The translations under genes were made by a program, and so were the position numbers. Shown here one piece after another: positions 40,730 to 52,039 of a DNA stretch of 64,000 nt. The notes beneath the pieces are model-generated. The model did no database searches. It was not told the DNA's origin and saw only the letters and a program-made list of their open reading frames with translations. The stretch comes from Tubulanus polymorphus (Eukaryota; Animalia; Nemertea): the NCBI RefSeq assembly GCF_964204645.1, contig NC_134029.1, positions 21,942,950-22,006,949 on the forward strand, written 5' to 3'. How positions within the stretch are numbered: position 1 is the first letter of the stretch; the number at the start of each line of letters is the position of its first letter.

Positions 40730-43700
40730 AACCTTGATGAATTAATGCGTCTGTATTTGATGTCAGCAGCGATCTGTATTTTCAGTCTGTGTAAAAGAGC
40801 CTGTTTGAGGCTAATGCTTCGTGGGAACAGTCAAAATTGAAGAGATGATACATATTAGTACTTCGTGGTTAATGGGTTTCCTGTACGTTTCCGGGCGAAA
40901 ATGAATATTTGCCGTTTGATGCTGACGGTTCGAACGGCGGACCAGCTTCCATTTACTCCCAAAGGGGAAAAGTGTCTACTCGTGGTGAGAAATAACCGGC
41001 GACAAGCATTTATTGGCATCATTTGTCAGATGAAATCAACGATAAGCTGTTTCTCAATGAATTATTAAGCCATTCCTATTGCACTGTGGATTAGGTATTG
41101 TTTATTTAACGTGACGAAAACGCGGACGAGCTAATGTAACTGATTAATTAATAGCTGTAGTCGAGAGTTGTATACGGCACTTCAAGAGAAATAACTATCT
41201 GTTCTTCAGTCGGATTCTCACTGCTTTATTAGGTGATTGTACGTACGGTAATCGCGCGACGTATTTCAATTCGCGGCGTTATTCGTCGATCGGACGTTTT
41301 TCGAAAATTGGAAATGAAATGATTTTGAAATTGATTTTAACGTCGTACGATTGATTTATCGATTGTAATCGTCGTCCGGCACCGACGAGATGATTCAGGC
41401 GTACGATTACACTTTCTCAATTCAAATCATTTTCCTACCAAAACGAACCAAAGATTCGTCGAGATAGAAATAAGTCATGAAATTTGATTAATCATGTCAA
41501 TCAATATCAGCGTCCTTGTTATTTTCGAGTGCACATTAACTCACACAGTACCCCTTAAATACTCACACAGTACCCCTTAAATATTCACACAGTACCCCTT
41601 AAATACTCACACAGTACCCCTTAAATACCCTCACAGTACCCCTTAAATACTCACACAGTACCCCTTAAATACTCACGCAGTACCCCTTAAATACCCTCAC
41701 AGTACCCCTTAAATACTCACACAGTACCCCTTAAATACTCACGCAGTACCCCTTAAATACTCACGCAGTACCCCTTAAATACCCTCACAGTACCCCTTAA
41801 ATACCCACACAGTACCCCTTAAATACCCACGCAGTACCCCTTTAATACCCACGCAGTACCCCTTAAATACCCACGCAGTACCCCTTAAATACCCACGCAG
41901 TACCCCTTAAATACTCACGCAGTACCCCTTAAATACTCACGCAGTACCCCTTAAATCCTCACGCAGTACCCCTTAAATACTCACGCAGTACCCCTTAAAT
42001 ACTCACGCAGTACCCCTTGAATACTCACGCAGTACCCCTTAAATACTCACGCAGTACCCCTTAAATACTCACGCAGTACCCCTTAAATACCCACGCAGTA
42101 CCCCTTAAATACCCACGCAGTACCCATTTAATACCCACGCAGTACCCCTTAAATACCCACGCAGTACCCCTTAAATACTCACGCAGTACCCCTTAAATAC
42201 TCACGCAGTACCCCTTAAATACTCACGCAGTACCCCTTAAATACTCACGCAGTACCCCTTAATACTCACGCAGTACCCCTTAAATACTCACGCAGTACCC
42301 CTTAAATACCCTCGCAGTACCCCTTAAATACCCACGCAGTACCCCTTAAATACTCACACAGTACCCCTTAAATACCCACACAGTACCCCTTAAATACCCA
42401 CACAGTACCCCTTAAATACTCACGCAGTACCCCTTAAATACCCTCACAGTACCCCTTAAATACTCACGCAGTACCCCTTAAATTCAGTAACGTATAAGTA
42501 ATCAATATGCAACCAACTTTTTTGTGACAGTTGTTACAGCATCTAAAAAATCTCGCCACACTGACCCTGCGCAATATTTGTGATATATATTTTTTTTGAA
42601 AGAGTTGTGAAAGTCTTTCGCGCGTTAATGATAAACATTTACACTGAGAGACTAGTGTGGCTTGATCTGCCGCCAATAGCAATGAGAGTCAGTGGAGATA
42701 GATTCACACACGTGAAGCCTTAAAGCTGCCAACCAAAAATAGACTTTCCGATGATGTTTGGGCTAAAGATAACAGGCCAGAAAAAATGTCATTCACCGCT
42801 GTATTCGGTTCGATACTGAGAAATAAGCTGAAAATTTTTCGAGAACTCGGAATCAGAACAATTTGAGAAAAAAATGAAGGAAAATTCGGGGACCGAGACA
42901 AATTTTCTAAAAATACCTAGAAAACTCGCGGTTATTCGTGTATGAGTAAATTGTAACATTTTAAACCAAGGATTTTCATTTCAGCATTTTATCCATTTAC
43001 CCGCAACAGATTCACTCGGGGAATTTTGTGTTATAAAATAAATTTGAAAAAAAACGGGTCCCGGTAACCATGCGATTTTTTGCCTCTGCTTTGTTCATTA
43101 CAAATTCACAAACGTTGTGACGACCAGAGGTGAACTGATTATCACTAACCCTCATCGGATACCTCATTCGAAAAATCTGTAGTCGATTTTAGGTTTCAGT
43201 TTGGCGCCGGTGAGAATTCAACGCCGCGCGGGAATTTCTCAACGAAGGATTTGCCCGTCTGCTTGCGCTACTACTGTATGATCCTACATCGACTAATTAC
43301 CGCGAAGTCTTTGGCTGATATTATACCTTCCGGTTATTAATCATCTTCGGCAACCGTCCGCCTTTTTCTTTCTGCGATTGTTAAATTACATCCGTAAATT
43401 GCCCATCTTTCGGCTGCTGGTAATGCTGCTACTCGACTAGTTGTTGTTTTTATGATGTTTCATCTATGCTACTACCGGTAGCTATTTTCCATTTTTCGAC
43501 CGGCAGGTATTCCCGGCTCAATAAGGCAGCAGTTCGTCAGACAAATCTGCTATAAGAGGCTGTAACTAATACATCAACTTTTTTTTTAGTTGAAGACGGT
43601 TAATTCTCGGAAGTCGGATTAAGATAGACTACACTTGAGCTATTTGAACACGTTTTTAATCAATTCGCATTCCTGAAATGCGGATTCAGGGGAATTATTG

Positions 43701-46700
43701 TCTCTAGATGCTATAGCAGATTAGCATGCACTGGCAGGCAGGGGTTTTTTTCTGGTCACAGCATCCGCTTATGTTACACTTAAAGATCTCAATGAAACCT
43801 GTAGCTATTGTTGTACGTGTCCTCACCAGAAGAAGAACGATGATTTAACGACGGCCGATTGATTGAAACCTGGTTGTCTTGCGCGTCTCGGTTGTTCAAA
43901 TGTGGATTTGGCGACGCAGATTCCTGCAATCCCTCTTTTTACAAGTGTAGACACTCGCATTCGCTTTGTAGTATCGACGGGGCTTTTAGAGAACGCTAAC
44001 AGAGGTCGTCATTTTATGGCTCATTTCGATCGCGGATCAGTGTTGGGATATCCTTTAACTCTATGTCACGTGGTGGCATGTAGATTTTTTCAAATTGGAC
44101 TCCTTTGATGCCTGTGGTGATTGCATGCGTGAACTGAGAGAAAGATTTGCTGATTCTTATCCCGAGGCATTTAGTTTCAGAGTGACATTCATTCTCATTA
44201 TATAGTATGAAAGATGATCCATAACTATTTTTAAGGTTTTTTTCTTGTTCGTGACAATGTTACTTCTTTTGATCCCTCCATATTGCCTAGTGCGCAGCCA
44301 CTGGCACCTATTAGGATCGCTCAGTATCTAGCACGCTAGATATTCGGCGACCAGGTCAGCAGCAAATCGCCATCATGTGTGGCTTACAGTGACTACTCCC
44401 ATAACTAACAGCCAATCAGCGCTGAGATGCACGATTCACAAAATGGCGGCCTCCTGAAACGGTGCCAACAACAAGAGGCACCACGCCACACTGCGGCCTG
44501 GTGACCAGTTGGCGATTGAGGTCGCTGGTGACCAGACGGAGATACATTCTTCTTACATAAAAAATTTCTGACTGAGATGAGATTAAAAGAACGGTTTTAA
44601 GTTTTAAGAACGTTTTCTCGTCGTTGCGTCCTGATCGTTGACTTAAGGATTTTTAACGTAGTTACCCTGTGCTTGCGATGCGGAAATTTCAGGGTGCTAT
44701 ATTGTTATTGCGCATGTTGACTAGTGAAGTCATTTTCGCAATGATCTCTGGATCTTACGAGTCTCTGCCTTCCCGTTGTTATTTGTCTATGCGCCGTTTA
44801 GTAAATACCTGCTAGCAACATTTTATTTCGAAGTCGATGACAAGAGTGTTTGAGGAATTGTTTCCAATTCAAATGAAGAGTTTTTTTTAAATGCTACTTC
44901 ATGTTCTACCGACTTGTAAAATATTCAGACATGTCCCTCTTACATTAGCTGTTATGGAATGAAATTAAAGAAAAAATTATATGAAATTCTTATACCGTGT
45001 ATGTTCGTCTTAGACATATATACTTCTTAATTCAAGACATACTCATATGTGCAGTCTATTTATATCATATGACTGGTTTTTATATATGTATTATAGTTGA
45101 TCCATGTGCTCTCATCTTGTAGATTAGATACCCTACCGTAAATGTCAGATCCTTTAACCGAGCCATAAACAAAATGGCGGCTTTTTCAACTGCAGAAATA
45201 AGGGCTGCGGGTCAAACGGGTTTGCATCCAGTTTACACTGATCCAGCTAGAAGCGACACTGTTATTGAGAGACAATTAAAGCAAAGTTTCTATTCACACC
45301 CAGGAAAAAGTTCCATCCTTTTTGGCCAGTCTACAATGGAATGAACGAGACTTTTGGCTCCATTCCATATTGAAACAAACTGAAAGTTGTAAATAATGTA
45401 GTGTGAACATGGCTTATGTTAGTTAATTTTTGCATCATTGTGAGTCGTGTCAGTGACTCTCGTAACTGACGACTATCAGCGACTCTTTTTACTACTGATC
45501 AAATCTTAATGGAAGGATTAATGATTTCCTTCTGCCGTTGGACAATCATTTCACTTACATCGCTGTCATCTTTCACGATAAATTTTCGCTCGAGCGAAAC
45601 GTTTTCAAGCCGTCGATGCTTGATCTTAAGTTTTGTAGTTTGTCGCGAATAAAACCATTGATACAGCGAGGCGAGATGTTCGTGGTTGTTTGATTTTTCC
45701 CATCGTCGTCGCGGTACACATGCCCTATAGATGATGAAACGCGTTTTTCGTATAATCGCGACCAATTTGCGCGCGATCATACCCGGTTGGAAACCTTTGT
45801 TCGTTCCCACAAAGTTTTCTGAAGAAGCTATGTAACGTAGATACTAATGAGTAATCAAAGAACGACCGTAAAAATGACTGCCTGTTACTGCAGTGTCCAC
45901 CAAATGGACCGTGCCAGCTTTTTATATGTTTGAGATCTGACAAGGAAATATCATAGAAACTTCGCACAATGTCATAAAGATTTTCATGCTTGGCTGTTTT
46001 TACATGCTTCCTTTTTAATAAGTTTTTGTGCAGGATTCACATAAAAGGACAAAACAACCGTATAAAAACACTTTTGCACCAGAAAATGGTTCGTATTCTA
46101 AGCTGCCAACTGTTCCTATTTTTCTGTGTTTTCCTACTCTTTTGTGCTGATTTGATTTACTTCATGTATACAGAAATGTGAAATATGTTGCTGAAGATCC
46201 TATACTGCTAATAACTTATTGATTTGAACATATCCTTTCATGTTTTAATGCAATATTCCTGAAAAAAAAATAACCTTGTAACTGGGAAGCTGCACTTTTC
46301 AGAGGTTGTTAGGGTTCACTACGTGTTATTGTTTTCATTGAGAAGCTGCTCTTATTTATCCGTTTTGAATTTCAATATTTGCGGTCTTTGAGGTACCCGA
46401 ATGGTTACCGCATGGTGACACTTTTGAACAGAATTATACAGATGTTGTCAAATAATTAGAATTGATTTGGTTACCGAATCGCGGCGAAGGAGCGCGAAAA
46501 AATGTGTTTTCGTTCTTATGATCAAGATGGGTTTCACTTGTTGCCGGATGCGATGAATGGTGATCAATGTTTTACTGTGTTTGTTCAGTTATTGTAATTA
46601 TAGGAAATTTGATGCCTTTAATTTCTCTCGTGTTTACATTGCATCCGTAGAACGAAGCCCCAATGGCTTCTTTAGTCACGTTTGATGTGGCCACCTAGCA

Positions 46701-49700
46701 AGCATGACTGATTTTTATTGTATCTTGAAAAATAACTCTGATAGTCTGAATGTCATGTGCTAGTAGTTAATATGTCACGTGCGAATTCTGTCTCATGAAA
46801 AGTTTGACGAGGTCATTGGCTTAGAAATGAGATGCCGGTTTCATTTTGATACGACTGTTGGACTTTTCATCAGTCCACTAATGGAGAGTTGCTGGATTGA
46901 ATATTTTGGTTTATACATTATGTACCCTAGACTCACCTGCAACACAAAAAAAGGACCTGATCAGAATCAAGATGACAAGATGGCCAACAGGCGGCCATTG
47001 TTGTTCAATGAAATAAAGCAATGTTTGCACATTTTTAGTGTCCATTGGAAATTGATCAATTATATGTATCCTATACCCCTCCCCCCCCTCCGGGACAGGT
47101 CCATCATCACAACCATTTATAGGATTCAATCATTGTCTTAGGACACATCATCTCGTGTAGAATTGGGGTGTTCAGGCGAGTTAAATTGTACCTGTATGTA
47201 TATTTTGTAACCGTAATCGATCGCAATGTTCTTACTTGCAACATGTTCTCCGATTGTGACGAGAGATAATGAATTTCCGTATATAAGTTCACCACGGGAT
47301 GTTGAACAGTGAAATAACATGGTAGTTCCATTTATATACACTACCTAAACAAACTTTGTGTTGAGTTTCAAGGTGATTGGTTTTTTCGGTCAACAGGAGA
47401 AGATTGAAATTGTCAGATCGTCACATGAATTTCGTTCCTGAACTCCTAGGGTTCTGCATAAAACTCCTTCTAGGTTTCTATGAAAAAAAATCTGATGGGA
47501 TTTTTTTTTCTTCATTTTCTCCAAAATCCGACAACGTATCCGAAATTACCATGTTGATTCAAGTGTCGGCGTTTAATGATTGGGAATTGGAGATGTGCCA
47601 TTTTGATTAGTGGCATTTTTACCAACGTGAACCGTTTCGAAATTACAGAGAGCCAACACGACGATTTGTCACCTGCCGTGAAAGATATTTGAAATCTCTG
47701 CTTCATTTACATATTGAGACATTGCGATGAGTGTAATCAACAACTGCAGTCTCAGTGTATAATCATCCATGAATGGAGTTGTGCCCACTCCTCAAGTTCA
47801 CGACTTATGCCAGTTTGCCCTTTTGCATGCATATTTTTTTCCGCCGATTCAGTTTCATCCTTTACCCACTAACATCTGGGGACAGTTGCACCAGTTTCTA
47901 TTTCTGCCCCATTATTTGTTATTATTTGTATTCCAAACGTCATTGATGAATCTATAGCTGCGATCATACAAGCATTTTTGGCCCGACAAAAAATGTCAGA
48001 CCAGACCCGAGTCCAATTTTAGCACAGCTCAAATATTTGCGTTTGAATTGCAACTGGTTCTGGTAGTGTCTCGCTTGGTTATGTTTAAACATTGTTTAGT
48101 ATCGAGTGAGTGGTTTATGTGTGAACGCGCTCTCTAATTAGGCACGGGCTGAATTTCACTCGAGCCTGATCTGTGCCAATTTGGCCCGGGCCAAATCATC
48201 TTGTGATAGCAGCTTATGATTAAGAGAATGTTTGTAATAAAAGTTGCCCAATCTTTTATCTAGAACAAACGCTTTTCCAGCGAAAATGACTATGGTTTTT
48301 TAGGATGTAATTTGCCCCTTCTCCTGGTTGATCTTCAGATAATACAGAAGACTGTCAATTTTCTTTATTCAAAGTGCTCAATGTGTTTCTTTGTTTGTGT
48401 CTCAACAGGTAATATGTGGCAAAAATACGAACCAGCTACAGAAACTAGTGACTGCGATGTCGAAATGCCAATCCGGTGAACCGGGAACTGAAGAGGAGCT
48501 CGCTAAATTGATCAAACCTTTGTTGAAAGGTTACCCGCATTTGCTTGATGAATTCTCTAGCTTCTTCCCTGAGAATAGCCCTCCTAAAAGGTATTCATTT
48601 AATTAAATTTCTTTAGTGGTGGAAAAAGCTTGAAATGATTTGTCTCCTGGTTTCCAGATTTTATTCATATTTGATAATCTGTGAAGCCAATATTCGCTTT
48701 GAGACTGGATGGTATTTAATTTAAGCGAAAACGTCTTATCTCAAAAATTCAATTCAAGACATTGCCATTAATGAAATAGCAAGTTATGTGTTATATTAAG
48801 TACATCAACCCTATCTTCAATATTTTCGACCAGGTTATGTATGTCTGGAAAAAATGAATTGTGTGAGCTTCGTGATTTTCTGATTCACTCAAAGAATTTT
48901 GTGTTATAGATGTTTTGTGATATAGTTTAATTTGTGTAAACTGAGTTTGTTCTTTTCTCTTCCAGTTCATTAGATGATTTTGAAGAGGTATCTATCGATA
49001 GCGATGAAGAGAATGATGCGATACCTGATGAGTTCGAGGAAATCGCTATCCCGAATACAGAGTTTCACGGTACTGCCAGATGTACTTGTGAATGCCATAT
49101 CAACGCAAATGAACCGAAGTTGGCTAAGAAGACAGCGCATTGTAGAAACTGCAGTTTAAGGGTATGTTTTATGCATAGGGGCTGAAAAACCTAGAAATTG
49201 TGAATCTCTAAACTCGAATGAGCCAACTTTCTTTCTGTTTAAGATGAGGTTGCTCATCCCCCTCCGGCAGTGTTTTCAACGAAATCATCCATTACTATTA
49301 GGCGTTTTTACGAAATAGAATCTGATACAGTTTACAAATCCAATTCGATGCTGGAAACCGAAAAGGATTAGTAAATCAAATCATTTTTTGTAAATAGGTC
49401 AAACCATTATCAAATTTAGGTCACCACTCGAAAATAATGAAGAAATAAGAAAATGATGGCCTGTGATAGATTTCTTTAGCCTGCGGATTTAGCTGACTAA
49501 ATTGGCATCACTTTCTTGATAGCTGAGCAAGTTAGTGGTGATCAAGAAATCGATTTACTAAACCATGTCCACGAATGAGTTCATTCACTAAAATCGTGTG
49601 CCGTGAACGTGCGACTTGGATCGATTTACACAAAGTCATTATTGTAATTTTCTTCATGAATAGTGAGTGTAGACCACTTATAGATGGCATAACCTGCCAT

Positions 49701-50238
49701 TTCACTTGTCCATCATAGCTACCGTTGGCATAAGAGCACCTGTCCAGGCTGCCGATATTATTCCTAATCCATCCACGAGCCATGATTGAAAATATCAAAA
49801 GCGTATTCTTCCGATCATTGAACATGAATAAGTCTAAGCGCATGAATCCTTGTTTTGAAAGAAAGTGCAACTTCACCAAATTAATTGAAAACTGAGGGAG
49901 CCATTTAAAAATGTTCATTGTTAACAGTTAAAGGGTTCAGGTATGAATGAGACATTTCACATTGATTGTAGGTGATAGAAGGAGATGTTTATCTGATAAC
50001 TCGAGGTCGAACTGATTTCTCGCAACCGGTTCAAGTAGTCTATTCGGATAGAGCGCCACCTGGTGGTGTAGACGAAGAACAACTCGAAGCGGCTCACACT
50101 CCGAAGCCGGCGTCGACGGAAGAGGAAGACGAAGAAGATTACGAGGATGCTAGTTTCGATGGCGGCGGTCCGTTGAGTCGACACAGTAGTATCGATCAAC
50201 TTGACAGCGATATTGAAAACCAACCTATCGATCCATAA
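8891..50238 (+). CDS. GON4L: GON-4-like protein (GON4L/YARP/Mute), ~1771 aa, 25 coding exons
   Basis: Exons 8891-9654, 9804-9987, 10074-10250, 10335-10457, 10845-11012, 11106-11180, 11960-12152, 12276-12401, 12601-12754, 12843-13041, 13157-13243, 13482-13644, 13752-13905, 13988-14141, 15122-15238, 15337-15456, 15663-15763, 16075-17216, 17312-17396, 17481-17574, 17788-17925, 37106-37258, 48409-48590, 48966-49161, 49972-50238 (sum 5316 nt, divisible by 3). GON4L hallmarks: [42 protein letters not shown]...[17 protein letters not shown]...[32 protein letters not shown]-like [12 protein letters not shown] / [21 protein letters not shown] / [17 protein letters not shown]. Confidence 0.93.
12438..12547. 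mobile_element. Palindromic MITE, PIF/Harbinger-like, CAG target duplication
   Basis: Left end TGCCCAGTTCCACAGTT vs reverse complement of right end GGTCCAGTCTCACAGTT. CAG on both flanks and internal self-complementarity. Intronic. Confidence 0.65.
13320..13432 (-). mobile_element. tRNA-derived SINE-like fragment
   Basis: Minus strand has a degenerate A-box region (gtctcggtgggtagggc) followed by a Pol III B box GGTTCGAACCC. No full cloverleaf. Intronic. Confidence 0.45.
20380..20640 (+). mobile_element. Copy of a dispersed MITE family (same family as 47956-48214)
   Basis: Shares tagtatcgagtgagtg-tttacgtgtgaa-gcgctctctaatt-gcacgggccaaattt-actcg with the copies at 21259, 28550 (minus) and 47956. 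Confidence 0.65.
21259..21578 (+). mobile_element. Copy of the dispersed MITE family with an internal 4x expansion of (T)n-GGCCTGTGCCGAG
   Basis: Termini agccacgatcac...gtgtgatcgccg; core shared with 47956-48214; tandem units at ~21276-21365. Confidence 0.7.
25526..26752 (-). CDS. Class A (rhodopsin-like) peptide GPCR, FMRFamide-receptor/GPR139-like group, 408 aa, nested antisense in a GON4L intron
   Basis: Uninterrupted ORF with 7 hydrophobic segments: [12 protein letters not shown] (TM1), LAVAD (TM2), CK...[11 protein letters not shown] (TM3), YSFVPF (TM5), FLVLSAP (TM6), [17 protein letters not shown] (TM7/H8). N-terminal hydrophobic signal-like stretch and N-glycosylation sites. Strong acceptor TCTTTCTTCCTTCTTTTCCAG at ~27160 indicates upstream UTR exon(s). 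Confidence 0.95.
   Translation of the reverse strand: MNPIDIVVQLFGFLTFVSCGDAATRKPSVVYSNDGIDNRSNATINCPVIADIPEFRQIYVYGLPIIIIIGTIGNTISLIVLCQRTMRQTGTYFYMAILAVADTAVLYLNGLRKWIYFLTGFDLNQVSDAGCKTMSFVNYWTFDFATWILVAMTVDRFLAVHSPLRAIQLSTISRIKKVLLLLAVIDVGLNMHLFWTMELLVNPCGKYCIPRREFSNFHHRVWPIVDAVFYSFVPFLMLLVFNIIIVQDMFVAWRVRRNLYANSNNDIDLQNVATTNRRSNKQRNHITTSSWHLTLMLLVVTTIFLVLSAPNCIYMIVRMVTDVTTREQRRRVKITKAATTLLLYVNHCVNFYLYCASGRKFRQTLVSIYKYARERRRMSATASVTQNTRVSFSSLTGRISMVSEHSQT
28550..28740 (-). mobile_element. Inverted copy of the dispersed MITE family
   Basis: caggcccgagtcaaatttgg...agagagcgcattcacacgcaaaccactc is the reverse complement of the family core at 20560-20635 and 48097-48170. Confidence 0.6.
32041..32490. 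mobile_element. Non-autonomous DNA transposon with CAGGGTG(G/A)CC-type ends and CAGGGAAA sub-repeats
   Basis: Left caagagtggccgc, right gtggtcaccctg, repeated acagggaaa. Related ends at ~10822 (gtagccaccctg) and ~18655. TSD not resolved. Confidence 0.55.
33469..33500. repeat. (ATT)n microsatellite
   Basis: About 10 ATT units. Confidence 0.9.
36314..36472. mobile_element. MITE, PIF/Harbinger-like, CTG target duplication
   Basis: TIR GGCCCGGTTTCATAGA / TCTATGAAACCCAGCC flanked by CTG on both sides. Confidence 0.7.
37269..37445. mobile_element. Short MITE immediately downstream of GON4L exon 37106-37258
   Basis: TIR caggactgccaact / agttgacagccctg; flanks gtatcg / gtatca are similar. Confidence 0.55.
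38040..38196. repeat. Near-perfect 157-bp palindrome (78-bp arms, 1-nt loop) inside an insertion flanked by a 12-bp direct repeat
   Basis: Centre at 38118 (aaataag-t-cttattt), one mismatch between arms. ATAACTGCTGTT at 37991-38002 and 38197-38208. Confidence 0.92.
38677..39276. mobile_element. 600-bp non-autonomous DNA transposon, P-superfamily-like
   Basis: Perfect 13-bp TIR CAGGCCTCACAGC / GCTGTGAGGCCTG; perfect 7-bp TSD CGTATTG; subterminal actatattt repeats. Confidence 0.85.
40617..40726. repeat. (TA)n microsatellite
   Basis: About 110 bp of TA with a few CA interruptions. Confidence 0.97.
41539..42483. repeat. 22-bp minisatellite, ~43 units, consensus ACTCAC(A/G)CAGTACCCCTTAAAT
   Basis: Head-to-tail units without spacers; variants actcac/acccac/accctc and aca/gca are interspersed. 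Confidence 0.97.
47956..48214. mobile_element. Apparently full-length MITE of the dispersed family (Harbinger-like, 3-bp TSD)
   Basis: TIR AGCTGCGATCA / TGATAGCAGCT with TAT on both flanks; three other copies in the window. Confidence 0.75.
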
Positions 50239-51115
50239 ATCTTATTTACACTATTAGTTGCAGACATTTTGTACGCGGGTGCATCGCGTTATTTAATACA
50301 AAAAATCATTGTGATCAAGATATCTTTCTTTTGTTTTATATTTTGTTGTTAATCTTGTAAATACCTAAGAGAAAAAAGAAAAGTATACGAGGAATGGAGA
50401 AAAATATTTATCAGTTAGTTTGTGGAATTTCTTTGCTGCCATCTTTACTTTTTGTGATATTGGAGTATGCTGTGAATGTCCACACACTAGAGCGCTGGCT
50501 CATTCCCGCCTTAGATAGTCAACCTCCCCTAACTGACCAACTGGGACTGGTAAAATTGGTTCGAGGCAAGCGAAGTCCCAGGTATGGACGAAGGAAAAGA
50601 TTTAGTCTTTAGTGCATTTAGACTTGAGTTAAAAGTCCGCGTCAGTTGGACATGTCCGAGTAAAGTCTGGTTTACCGACAGGTGGTGCTGTTTACTGTTT
50701 CGCTGAAGGCTGCGTTTTCTCCACAGTAATTAGCCTATCCTACTATACTGATCACTAACATCTTATATTTACAAGTAGAAACACTATAATAGTTGTTATA
50801 TCAATAACTCCAGCTTATGATCATTTGCTTATACTTCTGGGAAAGCTAACATTGCTCTGAAAATCACTGGTCCGATTGATATGATTTGTTTTACGGTCGT
50901 CTCTACGAGCGATGGGACTCGTTGGATTTTCTGGTTCGCTCGAACTCCAAGAATTTGCAGTCGTGTTGAATTAGATCGTAGAAGAGAAGATATTTTATAG
51001 AAGCTATCCGTATTTGATGGAAAATCAATTGAACGACCGTCTTATCACTTCTTGTCTAATAACGATTTGTGGTTGTTGCAGTGGAACTTCGTAACAACGA
51101 ACTTCTGGGGACTAA

Positions 51116-51453
51116 AGCCGGGCGTAGGTCGGCCTTGCGACGCGACGCGATCGTCGCGTTGCGTCACAAGTGGCCGCGCAAGTCGGTTGCGACGCGATTG
51201 TCAGCGACTGTGTGCGACTAGTTGCTGCCAGTCGCAACAGCACGCGGGTCGGTTGCGACGGTCGCGTGGCGTTGCAGAAAATAGAACATGTGCGACTCAT
51301 TGCGACTGGCGTCGCTGGCAGTCGCAACCCGTCGCTGGCAGTCGCAAGGTAGCGTAGGTCGGTGAGTCGTTGCGACGCAATCGTCGCTGGCAGTCGCAGT
51401 GAATCGCGTCGCAGTGAGTCGCAAGCCGTCGCAAGGCCGACCTACGCCCGCCT
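51116..51453. mobile_element. PIF/Harbinger-type MITE, 338 bp, TAA target duplication
   Basis: TIR AG(C/G)CGGGCGTAGGTCGGCCTTGCGACG at both ends; TAA at 51113-51115 and 51454-51456; internal GTCGC/GCGAC sub-repeats and a central gaaaatagaacatg. Confidence 0.88.
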
Positions 51454-52039
51454 TAAGGTGATATGTTAGACGGTGTATTGTTGCGATCCGCATGAGATTG
51501 GCAAGTTCGTAGATTTCCACGTTTCGAAAAAGAAAATACATGTAATTGGGAGATCTTAAATTCATTTGATAATGAATACTACATTTATTCAAAACTATGA
51601 CCTTTTAATATGTATTAATTACAAAAAACAGCTGCCATCTAATTATTATTACGTACATAGTAAATGATTGATAAAATAAGCTACACATTCATGCTACGTA
51701 TAGAATGTATGTAATATAAACGTCACAGACCCGCGAGAGATTACTGGTTTTTAAACCCCAAAACTTTTCGAAGTTCCTACGTTCTACGTTCGAAGCTGTA
51801 AATTAAATCAAAGGTTTCGAAAACGTCGGCGCTTCTTATAAGTAAGCAGTGAATTTATGCTTTTGCACGCAAATTACTACGGAGACTAATACGACTTTAT
51901 TTCCATTGCAAAACATAGAAATAAAAACCACCTCAGATCATTGAACACGGGGAACGTCTTCACATATCATTTCAACGATCATAAATGCTTGGTTTTGATA
52001 TTATCCCTGATAAATGGATGATATGTTAAGCCAGAACGA

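Noticed and set aside
40516-40737. ORF with YI repeats
   Set aside because: Translation of the (TA)n microsatellite.
41539-42483. CRISPR-like array or telomeric repeat
   Set aside because: Units are contiguous with no unique spacers, there are no cas genes, the context is eukaryotic, and the unit is not TTAGGG-type.
49532-49918. 128-aa minus-strand ORF in the last GON4L intron
   Set aside because: No recognisable domain or splice signals; could be chance or a repeat relic.
51052-51592. Arg/Cys/Ala-rich ORFs on both strands
   Set aside because: They arise from the GC-rich palindromic Harbinger-type MITE.
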